A stretch of 64,000 nucleotides of DNA from Octopus sinensis (GCF_006345805.1 NC_043013.1:25482001-25546000), one strand, 5' to 3'. Counted from the stretch's first letter, positions 25,540 through 38,400 are shown. A program made the numbers and translations. The notes: generated from the sequence alone by a model not told the origin.

Positions 25540-28290
25540 CACCCACCTGCCTCCCACACGCACACACCCACCCACCTACCTCCCACACACACCCAACCAC
25601 CTACCTCCCACACGCCTGTTCACACACACACATACGTAGACCCATCTACGTACATACATTCACACATTTAATCACACACACTTACAGACATACTAGCACA
25701 CACTAACATACAAACCAACATGCACATACACACACACATACATACATACGCACACATATACATACTTACACACACACACACACACACAGACATACATACA
25801 CACATACACACACACATACATACGCACATACATACACACACACTCACACACACACACACCGCACGTATACTTCACACACACACATGCAAACATACATGTA
25901 GGCACATACATACATACATGCCCCACATGCACACCTTTACACTGAATGCACACACACATACACCTTTTTGCATCCAGGCAGCCCCCCCTCTTTTCTGCTT
26001 TCCGGTTTTGGCTGATGGATCCTCGGTTCCCGCGTAGCGGGGCGTTCGAGGGCCTTTGCGCTCGCGCGCCTTGGCGCGCGCTGGGGGCTTGGTCGGCCCT
26101 TTGGGCTTGCGTTGTACTGCTTGTGCGTTGTGTGCGTGAGCGCGCTTTGTGCGTGTGGGCTTGCTTCGGATGTGCGCGGACGTATGTATGCATACATACC
26201 CACACACTCGCATGCATCCCTACCCACATACATACACGCACACCTACTCACACACACACATACACACACATACCTGCACACACACACACATACATACATA
26301 CACATACATACCTACTTCAGACATACACACACACAGACATACACCCATACACTCACACGCACACACCACACACACACACGCACACACGTACACATACACA
26401 CACACACACACACCTACATACATACATTACACTTGTATACACACACACTTACATTCATACACACACACCTACACAGCCATACCCTCACTCAGACACACAC
26501 ATCTACCTACACACACACACAAACACACACGGACACACACACCATACATACATACATCTACACACACACGCCTACCACATACATACACACATACATAAAC
26601 ACACACATACACATATACACACATACGCACACACACATTACTTATACACATGCACACACACACACATACATACATACACCCATATACATACATACACACA
26701 TACCCACATACTCCTATACGCACATACATACACAAAGACATACACACTTACACACTCACACCACATACTTACACACACACTCACCTGCACGCGCACACAC
26801 ATGCATGACAAACACCCATACACTCACACTCACATACGCACACACCAACATAAACACGCCCACGCAACACACACACCTACACTCCCACACACATACACAC
26901 GCACCTACATACACACACGCACGCATACACACGCATACACACATACATTACACACGTACACACACACCCACATACACATGCATACACACACACACACACA
27001 AACATGCACGGACACACCCAGACATACACCACATACACCTATATACACACGCCCACACACCTACATACACACACATATACACACGCCCACACACCTACAT
27101 ACACACACATACATACACACACATACACGGACACACCCACACATACTTACATACATACACCTATACACACACGCCTACACACCTACATACACACACATGC
27201 ATACACACACACACACATGTACGCACATACACACACATATACGCACATACATATATACCCACACACATGCACACACACACACACATACGCACATGCATGC
27301 ATGCATGCACACGCGCACACCTACACGCATACACAACACACAAACGCACGTACACATACATACATACACACGCATACATACACCCATACACATACATGCA
27401 TCCGACACACACATACATACACACTCACACATACATACACACACACACACTCACTCACACACCTGTATGTACGCGCACACACATGCACATACACACACTT
27501 CCCCACACCCACACGTACATACATACACACTCACACATACAACACACACACAACCACGGACATACATCTATGCACACACATACATACAACACACATACTC
27601 ACATACATTCATCGGACACTGCCACCCAGACATACACACACAGACACACTCACACCTCCACACACTACATACTTACTACGCACACTCGCAGGCACGCGCA
27701 CATACGCACTTGCGCCGGCTCGCGCTGCATACGCGCCGCATACACCTCGCCCTTGGACCTGACGAGACCTCCCGCCCGTTCCTGGGACCGTCGCGTGTCG
27801 TTGGGTTTTCCCACGCCTGTCTCCGCGGTACCACTCTTCCATCTTCCCCTCAGCTGGAGTCCTTTTTCCTTAACCCCCCCCCTTTTTTTCGTTACACACA
27901 CGCGCACACATTACACACACCTTGCCTATATATATACATCACTCTTACACACATTCAATCTACTCGCCATTAATACCACCCACCACACACTGGACACACA
28001 CACACACTACTACTCAACACACGCTGGCACGCTACATACGCCCCACCCTTCCTCCTCCCTCCCTTCCTCCTTCCTCCTTCCTTCTTTTTCTTACTACTGA
28101 CCTCCCTTCCTCCTTCCTTCTTTTTCTTACTACTGACCTCGTCTGCTAGCTGACCACCAGTCTCGCCCTACCTCACACGCCTACACACAGACGCACACAC
28201 TAACACACACATATTTTTTTTGTTTTTTCATCTCGCCTCACACACACACATACACACACGCACACGCACACACTCACATACACACACATC
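25540..28290. repeat. 2.7-kb degenerate CA/CATA tract with two GC-rich, A-poor islands
   Basis: Seen directly; source of the 662-675 aa HT-repeat pseudo-ORFs. Confidence 0.9.
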
Positions 28291-28586
28291 TGTTGGGTTA
28301 CCAACCTTGTCTCCACTCTTTAGCCTTTAAAAACCCACTTTGCTCTTGTTATCGTCAACATCCGCCTTTCACCATGTGCAACTCGTAAACACCAGTCGTC
28401 TTTTTTCTCTTTCCCTGTTGCCCGCTCTGGGATCTTTCTTTCCTCTCTCTTCCTTCTTTATGTTTCCGTCGAAGAGCTCCGCTCGAAACGTCATACCTCC
28501 TGCCTCTTCCATCTCCTGAGCGCCTTTTAATAATAATACTGTAATTGTTCCTGTTGTTGTTGTTTTTTTTGTTTCCCTTTTGGATT

Positions 28587-28590
<4 letters not shown>
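28290..28590 (+). mobile_element. Penelope pseudo-LTR-like segment with variant hammerhead motif
   Basis: ccgtcGAAGAgctccgctcGAAACGTC at 28466-28492, then cctgagcg..taata..; related to 41640-41800 (minus). Confidence 0.5.
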
Positions 28591-28647
<57 letters not shown>

Positions 28648-28648
28648 C

Positions 28649-28977
28649 ACCATTAGAACAAACTTCACCTGCGCATCAGAAAACTTAATTTACGTCATAA
28701 CATGCGCAGGCTGCAATAGGCAGTATATAGGCCATACAAAAATAGCTTACGTAACAGGATGGCGGTGCATAAATCACAAATTAGAAACCCTGATTACCGC
28801 AAAATACCGGTCAGCGGACACATAGATAGATGTGCTAGAAATGTAAATCCGAAATTTACAACTAACCCGCTCTATAAATTCAGTGACAACGCAACCTTCA
28901 CATAACGCCAAAATAAAGAACTGTATTTCATTAAAAAATTTAGACCAAGTTTAAACACCCTGGGCCAGGAATATTAA
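28649..28977 (+). pseudogene. Second Penelope-like GIY-YIG endonuclease fragment (not in ORF track)
   Basis: TIRTNFTCASENLIYVITCAGCNRQYIGHTK / SLRNRMAVHKSQIR..PVSGHI..C..KELYFIKKFRPSLN; one frameshift and one stop; starts at a (TA)n. Confidence 0.85.
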
Positions 28978-29149
28978 AACAAAAGATAAGTCCTCCGAAA
29001 AGGAGAAGCAAAATTCCACCACGGCCGCTACCTTAAACAGTCACTCGCACTGACGGAAATATGCCTTAGTAAAAAAAGGGAAAAAAATTCTTTCGTGCAA
29101 ATCTGACCCTGATGGACTGACCACATACGATACAGCTAAGGGTCAGACC

Positions 29150-29820
29150 CGATTCTGATTGGTCAACACGCTGATGACGTCTAGTCCTAGAATGGACAGG
29201 ATACAAACAGGGGGCAGAGATTAGTCAGAATATTGATGACGTACCTTTCTGCTTGACTAGTCACCTAACAAAATACAGACAGGGGGCAGATCTAATGCAG
29301 CTATAAGTCGTGATTGGGCAGAATCTTGATGACGTCCCGTTCTGCTTGACTAAGCCACCTAACGAAACGACTGGTCAAAACAGGACACAGACAAGAGGCA
29401 GTTATAATACAGCGATAGGTCACGATTTGTCAGAATGCTGATGACGTCCCGTTCTGCTTGACGAAGCCACCTAACGAAAAGGGACAGATCTAATACAGCT
29501 ATAAGTCGTGATTGGTCAGAATCATGATGACGTACCGTCCTGCTTGACTAAGCCACCTAACGAAACGACTGGTCAAAACAGGACACAGACAAGAGGCAGT
29601 TATAATACAGCGATAGGTCACGATTGGTCAGAATGTTGATGACGTACCGTTCTGCTTGACTAAAGCCACCTAACGAAACGATTGGTCAAAACGTTGATGA
29701 CGTCACGCTACACTGGACTGACTACCTAACAGGCATTATAAAACCCGAACAATTTACAAGACTCACTAGAATCACCCAGCGAACATCCACCATGGGTCAT
29801 CACAATTGCTCAAGGTAAAA
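29150..29820 (+). promoter_or_regulatory. LTR-like promoter: tandem CCAAT/CRE array, TATA box, Kozak ATG and splice donor
   Basis: Seven GATGACGT and repeated GATTGG motifs; 198-bp higher-order period (29287/29485); TATAAAA at 29737; CCACCATGG with ATG at 29792; AG|GTAAAA at 29815. Confidence 0.55.
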
Positions 29821-30172
29821 ATGAATTCCTCGCTCTTTCGGGAACATCAATCTTCTGTATTGACTGCTTTCCACCACTTTGATTTGTTTTTTGTATTGAA
29901 TACGTATCGCCACCGTGGGCCACTGCATCGAACACTTTGAACATATAGCATGAATGAACTTACTTCAGACTATATTTGAACTCTAAGATGTCTAACTCCG
30001 TTGTGTATTATAAATGAATTTCTTGTGTTTGACGGCATGAGCTGTCTTTTTTTATATATAACTTTTTTTGATAAGGTTCATTTCAGGAACTGAAACATGT
30101 TATAATGTATATATAAAAATTAAAAATTGTATAATATAGCAGCATTTTCGAACTTCATTTTTTACAAATATA
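29793..30172 (+). repeat. ~380-bp block, direct repeat of 21422-21840
   Basis: Alignment by eye. Confidence 0.9.
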
Positions 30173-30699
30173 TATATATATATAGCGATGTGACATACAG
30201 AAGATAGTCATTTTCAAAAGATATCCATAACTTCTGAACTCTATTTACGATCAAAACATATGAAGGGATGTACGTTTCATTTATTTTTTAATCCAAGCGG
30301 AGTTTTAAATGACAGGCTTGATAAAGAACAACAGTTTTATCAAAATTTATTATGGGTCCTAGCATGTTACATACCACTGGAATTTTATCTACAAAGATTT
30401 TAAAGATTTTTTTTGCGACAACATTGTAGGCATTCGTATACAAGAGACCTTTCATCACAAACAAAAGTTTGATTTAGAATTAAACCGTTACAGATAACTT
30501 CCCAGTTGTGTAATAGCAAATGTAAATATTCTGCTGTGAAGCACATATAACCAATTTAGCCGGTACAGTAAGACAGCTGTGAACAGTAAAGCTCACATTT
30601 CTTGATAATATATTTACATTGATAATATGTAAATTCAATAACATATGTGAATTTATAAGTACGAAAGTTTTAATGAAGTCAATGAAGAAATGAATGCAG

Positions 30700-31300
30700 C
30701 GAACGCTCTGATCAAAGCATTTTTGTAACCAATCAGCTGAAATTGTCACTGGTTCAATACATAAAGCCTCAGAAACAAAGGATATCCAGCATAAAAACCT
30801 GGGTCACAATAGTTGCTTGTTGGCTTCGTCGGATGTCACCAATTGTCACAAAGGTGTTTTTTATAGATTCGCTATGTGGCAGTGTTGGATTACTGGCCGC
30901 GTGTTAACAATGAGCAAAATCTCGTGAACAGTTAACAGAAGTTTTATTCACTGCACATGTTTTACATATCAATCTTTGAATGATGAATAAGAACAATAAT
31001 TTATACACATGGGAATAGATAAACTGTGAAGTTAAAACAAAATAGCTGGTTAGTACAGCTCCGTGACCGCACTGCCACGATCGGAGAAAAATCATAGTAA
31101 ATCCAATGGCTTCCAACTTGCTCGGTAAGTAAATCCAACCTGTTCAGTAAGTCATTGTTCAAACAACTTTTGCTATGCCTTTTCTGCTCCGGCTGAAAAC
31201 TGAAAACAAAAGCGAGAACGTTGCTTTCGTAGCGGCGGCCTCCAACATTTCGAAGTTTTAGCGCCAAAAATTCGTCTGTTCATAAGTCCCGTTAGAAGGA
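30700..31300 (-). pseudogene. Possible degenerate P-element/THAP9-like transposase N-terminal core
   Basis: Across frames: RLDLLTEQV ... NQLFCFNFTVYLF / HVYKLL ... TLPHS, resembling the FL.EQL-RRYS-SP.AY.LL-LP motif order; weak. Confidence 0.3.
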
Positions 31301-32100
31301 GTCTAGAAGATTACATCACATGATAGCTCAATGCTGATTGGATAATAACATGGCCGATCACGTTAAATAATTATGACCAAGCCGTGAGTCTTACTCGGCA
31401 ATTCAACGATTCAGTTTCGAATCTGGTACTCCTGCAGGAAGACCTGAAATTCAGAAAGAAAGGATATCCCAAATGTAGAACGAGCGACATCACTGAAACG
31501 AGAAATCCTTTCACCATGTAATCCCTCCGTACTACTTTTTCCTTTATGCAACATAAATGATGTTTGTGTAGGGTTTATATAGTGAGTACCGTGGTCTACG
31601 AAAACGCGCGATGTTGCACCGTTAAAAGAGGAAGAAACGCTGTACAAACTCAACTGGAAATTGTTAGAACATTCTGGACCTTTTCTGAATTGAGGTAGAT
31701 GTTGCAAGCTTTGCCTGACGAAAAGGAGAATCATTCTAAGAAATTCTCCCGATCCGAGTGCTTTCCTGAACTCAGAAAGCAAAATATTCATATGGTGCCC
31801 TCATGAGTGGTACGAGTCGACATGGACTGAAGTTGTTCTGTTTATTTTTTGTATTTGAAAGTTCATTCTGCTGTCGTTTGCATGTTCATAAATTGTGATG
31901 ATCAAGTATATTTTCTCCTTTTTCTTATTGGTAAATCTAATCAATATATATAATATGCTATGTGTGGTGAATGTATATTTAACATCCTTTGTGTATACAC
32001 TTACTTCACTATTACCTTTTATATACTCCACTATTACCTTTTATATTGTGTTTACGGAGTGGTATCATGTATTCAACTTCAGCTTATTTACTTATGGCAT

Positions 32101-32310
32101 TACAGTAATCCCTCGATTATCGCGAGTTTTACCCCCCCCCCCCCCGCCGTGATAGGTGAAAATCTGCAAATTAGAAACAGTACTGTACTGTATATTTTTT
32201 TTATTCTTATAATTTTTATATATTTATTTTATTATAAACGCAAAACAGCACCACAGAGGAATCGACGTAAGCTGAAATAATAAACCGCGATATGGCGAGA
32301 GATTACTGTA
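32101..32310. mobile_element. pogo/Tigger-type MITE
   Basis: TA-CAGTAATCCCTCGATTATCGCG ... CGCGATATGGCGAGAGATTACTG-TA terminal inverted repeats. Confidence 0.8.
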
Positions 32311-32879
32311 CATACAAGCATTTCTTGTTTTAAACAGAAGGAAAATTTGAAACAACTTGAAATTACTGATTGAAAATTCAGAAGACCGACGTGTGTTGGT
32401 GCTCCTTCATGTTTATACAAGAAAAACTGTTCTTCCAGAATTCTCGCAGTGAATGTGAAAAATAATGCTTATTATGTACCTTTGCGCAGAATGTGTCAAA
32501 TACGTTGTAAATGCGCTGCTTTTGCATAAACTAAACCTGCTGTTCCTTGAAAACCTTTGGAAAATGGATGTAGTCTGTTTGTAAGATTCGTGTGTAAATA
32601 CGCATATATTTTAGTATTTTGAATACATACACATGTACTATATTTGTGGTATTAAATTGAATGTGCATTGTATAAAATAACATAATATAGAATAACAAGT
32701 GACTCGATCCCTCTTATAGATTCCGTCGTCTCTCCAGTGCTTTGACGATCTAATCTTTAGGAAACTCGAATGCTTGGTCAATGTCAAGCTCTCTCCAGAG
32801 TCCCGCGAATAGATTACTTTGCTCAAACGGTTTTGGGGTCGAAGTTTGCGCAAGTGCTCATCTCTATCTCTTCCTTGTT

Positions 32880-33790
32880 TTCTTTCCTCCATCCATGCTT
32901 GCTCCCCTTTAGTAGGCAACAACCTCTCCGCTCCAACATGGACTAATTCTAACAGGCAGATGGATGAAGCTATGTTACAGTGGAGAGAGCTGGGTTTGTC
33001 AATCGAGGACAGACGGAAGCAGAGAGCAGGGACAATCTGCGTTCAGGTCACTTTTTCAACTCTCTCCTTGATCAATTTGATCAATTTTCGAGATGTCGTC
33101 TACTTTCAGCAAGTGCAAAATTATCAGGGAACTGGATTGATTCCCTGCCTTTGGCCCAACATTACAGGTCGACTCAGTCTAGATGAGCTCCACTTTTCCA
33201 TCGCACTTAGACTGGAAGCTGACGTCTGTAGGGGACTGAGATGTCGCTGTGGTAGGCCTCTCGACCCTACAGGTCTTCACCGTCTGTCTTACCGCTTAAA
33301 AGCTGGTCGTTTCGCTCGTCACACCGAGATAAACTTAATCATTATGCGGGCCTTGGCTCAGACTAATATCCCCCCTCAGAAGTGATGGGAAGAGACCAGA
33401 TGGTCTTACCCTCTATCCATGGGTAAGAAGTAGGTGCCTCATCTGAGATGTCACTGTCCGTCACTCTTTTGCTCCCTTCCACATCCTGGATGCTGCGGTA
33501 AATGGGAGGGTCACTGCTTCTGTAGTCGAACGGAACAAAACCCTGAAGCACCATGACTTGGCAATGAACTCTCTCTTTCAGTCCGTGGCGTTTGAGATGT
33601 TTGGAGGGACTGGGCCACTAACCGCGAAGTTCTCGTCGTTGGCAGCTTGCCTCACCGATGTGTCAAGTGATGCCTGCGAGGACGGGCGCTTGGCTTTTCC
33701 AACGCCTTAGCCTCGCCATCGCCCGTAGTAATGCCACAAACATGTTGACTCGCTTCAGTAGGTTCCGTTGAACCTTGAGGTCTGCAACCA
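32880..33790 (+). mobile_element. CRE-clade non-LTR retrotransposon 3' end (zinc knuckle + restriction-like endonuclease), degenerate
   Basis: IALRLEADVCRGLRCRCGRPLDPTGLH..AGRFARHTEINLII.RAL, then RPDGLTLYPW..CLI*DVT, VAFEMFG and RLSLAIARSNA. Confidence 0.8.
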
Positions 33791-34245
33791 GTTGAAGCAC
33801 CTGGTGTTGCATTGATGGGATTTTTTCTTTCTCCTCTTTCTTGTTGCTTTTCTTTTGCAAAATATATTCCTTTCACTAAATTAACTATTTTAGTGTAAGT
33901 GTAAGCACGAACATTTAATTAGTATTTATGCACAATATTTAACATTCTTGCATATATTTATATATTTTTAGATGTGATATTTATGCGTAAGTGATTAGTT
34001 TATTTTTTGTTTCATTCAACCATTTTATGTATATTATGAATTTCAACTGCCCCCACCCACCTCGCGAGCTTAGTTTTTTCACGCATTGTACATATTAGAA
34101 GTAATTAAACCTGTTTAACAGTTGGGAAATTACTATTTTCAACTAACTTCGATACTTTTTGTTTACTTCCTCCTGCTCTCATTAGCAACTTTTATCGTAC
34201 ATTTTTCAACATTATCTCGAAATAGAAAAATTGAATATTCATTCA

Positions 34246-34246
<1 letters not shown>

Positions 34247-34278
<32 letters not shown>

Positions 34279-34895
34279 TTAACGTCCGCTTTCCATGCTA
34301 GCATGGGTTGGACGGTTCAACTGGGGTCTGGGGAGCCCGAAAGCTGCACCAGTCCAGTCAGATCTGGCAGTGTTTCTACAGCTGGATGCCCTTCCTAACG
34401 CCAACCACTCCGAGAGTGTAGGGGTGATTTTATGTGCCACCGACACAGGTGCCGACGAGGCTGACAAACGGCCACGCTCGGATGGTGTTTTTTATGTGCC
34501 ACCGACACAGGTGCCAGACGAGGCTGGCAGACGGCCACGCTCGGATGGTGTTTTTTATGTGCCACCGACACAGGTGCCAGACGAGGCTGGCAGACGGCCA
34601 CGCTCGGATGGTGTTTTTTATGTGCCACCGACACAGGTGCCAGACGAGGCTGGCAGACGGCCACGCTCGGATGGTGTTTTTTATGTGCACCGACACAGGT
34701 GCCAGATGAGGCTGGCAAACGGCCACGATCGGATGGTGCTTGTTACGTGCCCACAGCACGGAGGCCAGTCGATGCGGTACTGGCTACGGCCACGTTCGGA
34801 TGGTTTTCTTATGTGCCACGTGCCACCGGCACTGGTACCACAAAGATACAAATTCCATTGATGTTCATCTATTTTGATTTGTTTTGATTTGATTT
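34247..34895 (-). mobile_element. SINE family C copy with expanded internal 63-bp tandem array
   Basis: (CAT)n tail at 34247-34278; five 62-63 bp units at 34432-34745. Confidence 0.85.
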
Positions 34896-35139
34896 TCACT
34901 TGCCAGCCAAAATATTGCAATCATCTCAAGGTTTAGTAAAACATCCACCATCACTAATGACGGGGTTAATGTTTACAACTTGACCCGGAAACGAACATCA
35001 GAAAAAAGAGATAGTGCAATGGGCGTAAAAAATGTGTAGGAAACGAATATGAAAAAAAAAAAAAAAAAAATCCGCGTAAAGCAACGGGAAGGCGAAGAGA
35101 GGACCTCGGAAAATTCACAAGATCCGAGTTTCTCTCTCG

Positions 35140-35400
35140 TTGAGGTTCCTTTTAATTATGTCATTCAGAATGGTTTGCCGGGGGAGTCGGCCCGCGCTAT
35201 GGTTGCAGGTTGAATTCATCGACTACCGCTTCACAACGGCATTTGTGTGGTTCAGACAGGCGGAGACCGAGGCACTTTGATACGAGTTCGTTCATATTAT
35301 CGGTAGATGAGGAGGGGACCGAATTGAGCTACGCATCGCCGTTTGGTTGCGAAGCGGAACAGAGGCAATGCTGGTCTATGGGTGTCTTTTACAATTGGTG
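35140..35400 (-). mobile_element. Second CRE-like LINE fragment
   Basis: Minus strand LGLRLSEPHKCRCEAVVDEFNL ... ILNDIIKR matches the same zinc-knuckle region as 33200-33350. Confidence 0.6.
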
Positions 35401-38400
35401 GTTAAAACCTGAGACTACAAAATCATCAAAGTGTCATGAACAGTAATCCAAAAACGATTTCTAGATTGTTCTCAACGTCATTGTCAGTCTTTCGAGGTTA
35501 ATAAATGTTTTTTTTTTTCAACTCATCCCCTGGTTGTTGACAGTTCGTGTATATGTTTCTAGAAAACATGCAGTGAGCAGGCTTACATATGTCTAAGTCT
35601 ACGTCATCAACGCATTAAATAAGTACCAATTACGCACTGGGGTCGATATAATCGACTTAATCCGTTGTTCCTCTCCGTGTTTAGTCCCTTATCTGTCTTC
35701 GCGTTCTGAGTTTAAATTCCGCCGAGTTCGACTTTGCCTTTCATCCTTTCAGGGTCGATAAATTAAGTATCAGTTGCATACTGGATCAATCTAATCGGCT
35801 GGCCCCCTCCCCAAAAATTTCGGGCCTTGTGCCTAGAGTAGAAAAGATTATTTGGTGCCAAACACTTTCGTCGTGTTATTTGCCACCTGGTCACCGATGT
35901 TGTTTTATTGTCAATGGCCAGGTAGGTCACGAGTGGAGCGACTTTGCAAGTGGTATTTATCTCTCATCTCTTGTTTCAGTCATTAGACAGCGGCCATGCT
36001 GGGGTACCGCCTCGAAGAATCATTTAGTCGAATAAATCGACCCCAGTACTTAAGTGTTTTAAGCCTATACTTCTATCAGTCTCTTTTGCGTAAGTACTAA
36101 GTCATGGTGACGTAAACACACCAACACCAGTTGTCAAGCAGTGGTGGGGCTACAAACACACATGCACACACACACACGACGGGCTCCCCCCCCCCCCCCA
36201 CACACACACTTTCCGTCTACTAAATCCAATCACAAGGCTTTGGTCAGCCCGAAGCTAAAATAGAGGATACTAACCCAAGGTGCCACGCAGTGGGACTGAA
36301 CCCAGAACCATGTAGTTGGGAAGCAAACTTCTTACCACACAAATGAAGTTAACTGTCTAGCTTTTTTTTTTTTTGTTTGTTTGTTTTTTTAAATTAATGT
36401 CTTTGAATTGCTAATCTGTGTCTTTCATGTTGTTATTGTTTTAGTTTCAACACATGGACTCAATCGAATCACTTGCCTGGCAAATAAATATACCTCCGAA
36501 AATCGAAGCATACTTTCAGGATAAAATTAATGCGAGCCAACGAAGGAACATCTTCGCTATCGTATGATCCACAAGGAATAACTGATAAATCTCCTTCGAA
36601 CCACACCGTAACATCCTAAAATAGGAAAGATTCGTGGCATAATATAGTCCTTGATAGTGAAAAGTGGATTCGAACCCTAACCACTAGATACTCAGTTGAG
36701 CACCACGAGCGAGCCACTACAGTTTCATGTGATTGATCTATAAATCGACCAGTCCGCACGAAAATGTGGCGTATTGTAGTTTTCCCGAATGCTAAAATTT
36801 AACCTCTTGTTCTCTGTAAAACCAGGTTAGCCTTTGGTGGATATGGAATTTATTCGTATTGGCAAAGAACATTCAAGTGACTATGAAAAACAAAGGACAG
36901 GTAAGTGATGCTGACGGACGGGGCCGTTGGTATCGCTTTCATTTTATCATTTTTTCGTTTAACAATTCATTTTCATAAATTTTAATTATAATGTTCTATG
37001 TCCCCATGTCTCTTGGTGTCCCCCTCTGTGTCGCCCCTAGTGGGTAATAAAGAATCACCAGGTTAGCCTTTGGGCTGTCGAGAACAGCCAGCTGTTTCAC
37101 ATGCCTGTTCTCTTGCCAGCCAGGTCAGATGGCCTACAGGCAGTTGACATCACAGATCACTTCGGTGATTTGCATGAATGACTTCGGGTTTCTTCTGTTT
37201 TTTTTTTTAATTAATTTATTTTGACTAACCGCATAATGTCACATAGCTAGCTTTCGATATTTTCAAGGTCAGTTTTAGCGCCAATTTTCAGAGGGCGTGT
37301 TAACTTGAGAACCAGCTACACGCTCTCTCTCTCGCCTTAATAATAATAGTCGTTTTCACGTCTATTAGCTCAGAGCTTGGCTCTAACTATCTGGCTGGCC
37401 GAAATGAAACCTCTATACTAACTCTTGTCTTGCTAAGCTTCAGTACAGAGCTTTAGCAATCAACCAATTATGAAGGCTCCGGAATTATTCCTTTAATTAT
37501 GATGACTTGATGTTAAAACTTTATAATTCATGACCAACTTATATATTACTTGTGTGGTGAAATAAAAGTTACTGTTAAATATTTGCTTGGTGTTGTTACA
37601 TCATTCATACAAAGTCTCACGTGCATATAACCAACCAGCCACGACATCATTATTACCCAAACTGGAAGATCCGGCACACCGACTTTAACGAATTGTGAAC
37701 AAAAAATTTCTTTTCTTTATCTTTTTTTTTTGGTTAGTCAAAATAGAGCAAAAGATCTGATATTTGTAGTAGCGTCGAGTGAATCGATATTCTGTATAGA
37801 TAGGAAAGAAAGGAAAAAGAAAGACAGACATTTGATAAAAAAAAAATTAGTTTCCCCAGACGAGATATTTTAAGTTACGTCTTCACATTCCTGCGAACGA
37901 CCGACAACAAAAACTTACAGCGTCTAAAACATTGTTGCAAAAAAAAAAAAAAAAGGGTTACGTGAATAGTTAAGAAATGTGGGAGCAACAAAAGATGTTT
38001 TCTTATCAGCTGAAGAAAACAGTAAACCAGTTCATATCTCATTCGCACCCAAGCTGAAATTAAGATATTGGATTATTTTTTTTACCGAAAGCCGTGTCAT
38101 TCATAATGTGGCACTTTTTAAACTATTAAATGTGAAGCAGTTGTCATTTAAAAACTGAAAAACAACGTATTTCTACGATCGTTCTTTTAATCTTTTCTTT
38201 TAATGAATTCAGTCGTAGGCTTGTGGCTATGCTGGAGCACAGCATTAATTTATTTTCCTTCAGTTTTATTTGTCGTTTTATGGTCGGCAGTTGGTCCATA
38301 ATTGAGTTTGTAGCAGTTGATCGCTGATCTTCCCTGAGTGTAGTTGGCTGATCCAGTATCGTCATTCTGAGTTTATCCACTGTTTTTTTTCGATGTTTCA

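Noticed and set aside
25946-28100. 662-675 aa His/Thr-rich ORFs
   Set aside because: Translations of a degenerate CA tract; stop-free because of composition, with no domain signal
29438-29470. CTGATGACGTC..GACGAAGC as a hammerhead
   Set aside because: GAAG instead of GAAA, and sibling repeat units lack it; better explained as a CRE motif
34432-34745. CRISPR-like regular repeats
   Set aside because: Head-to-tail units with no unique spacers, inside a SINE, in eukaryotic DNA, with no cas genes
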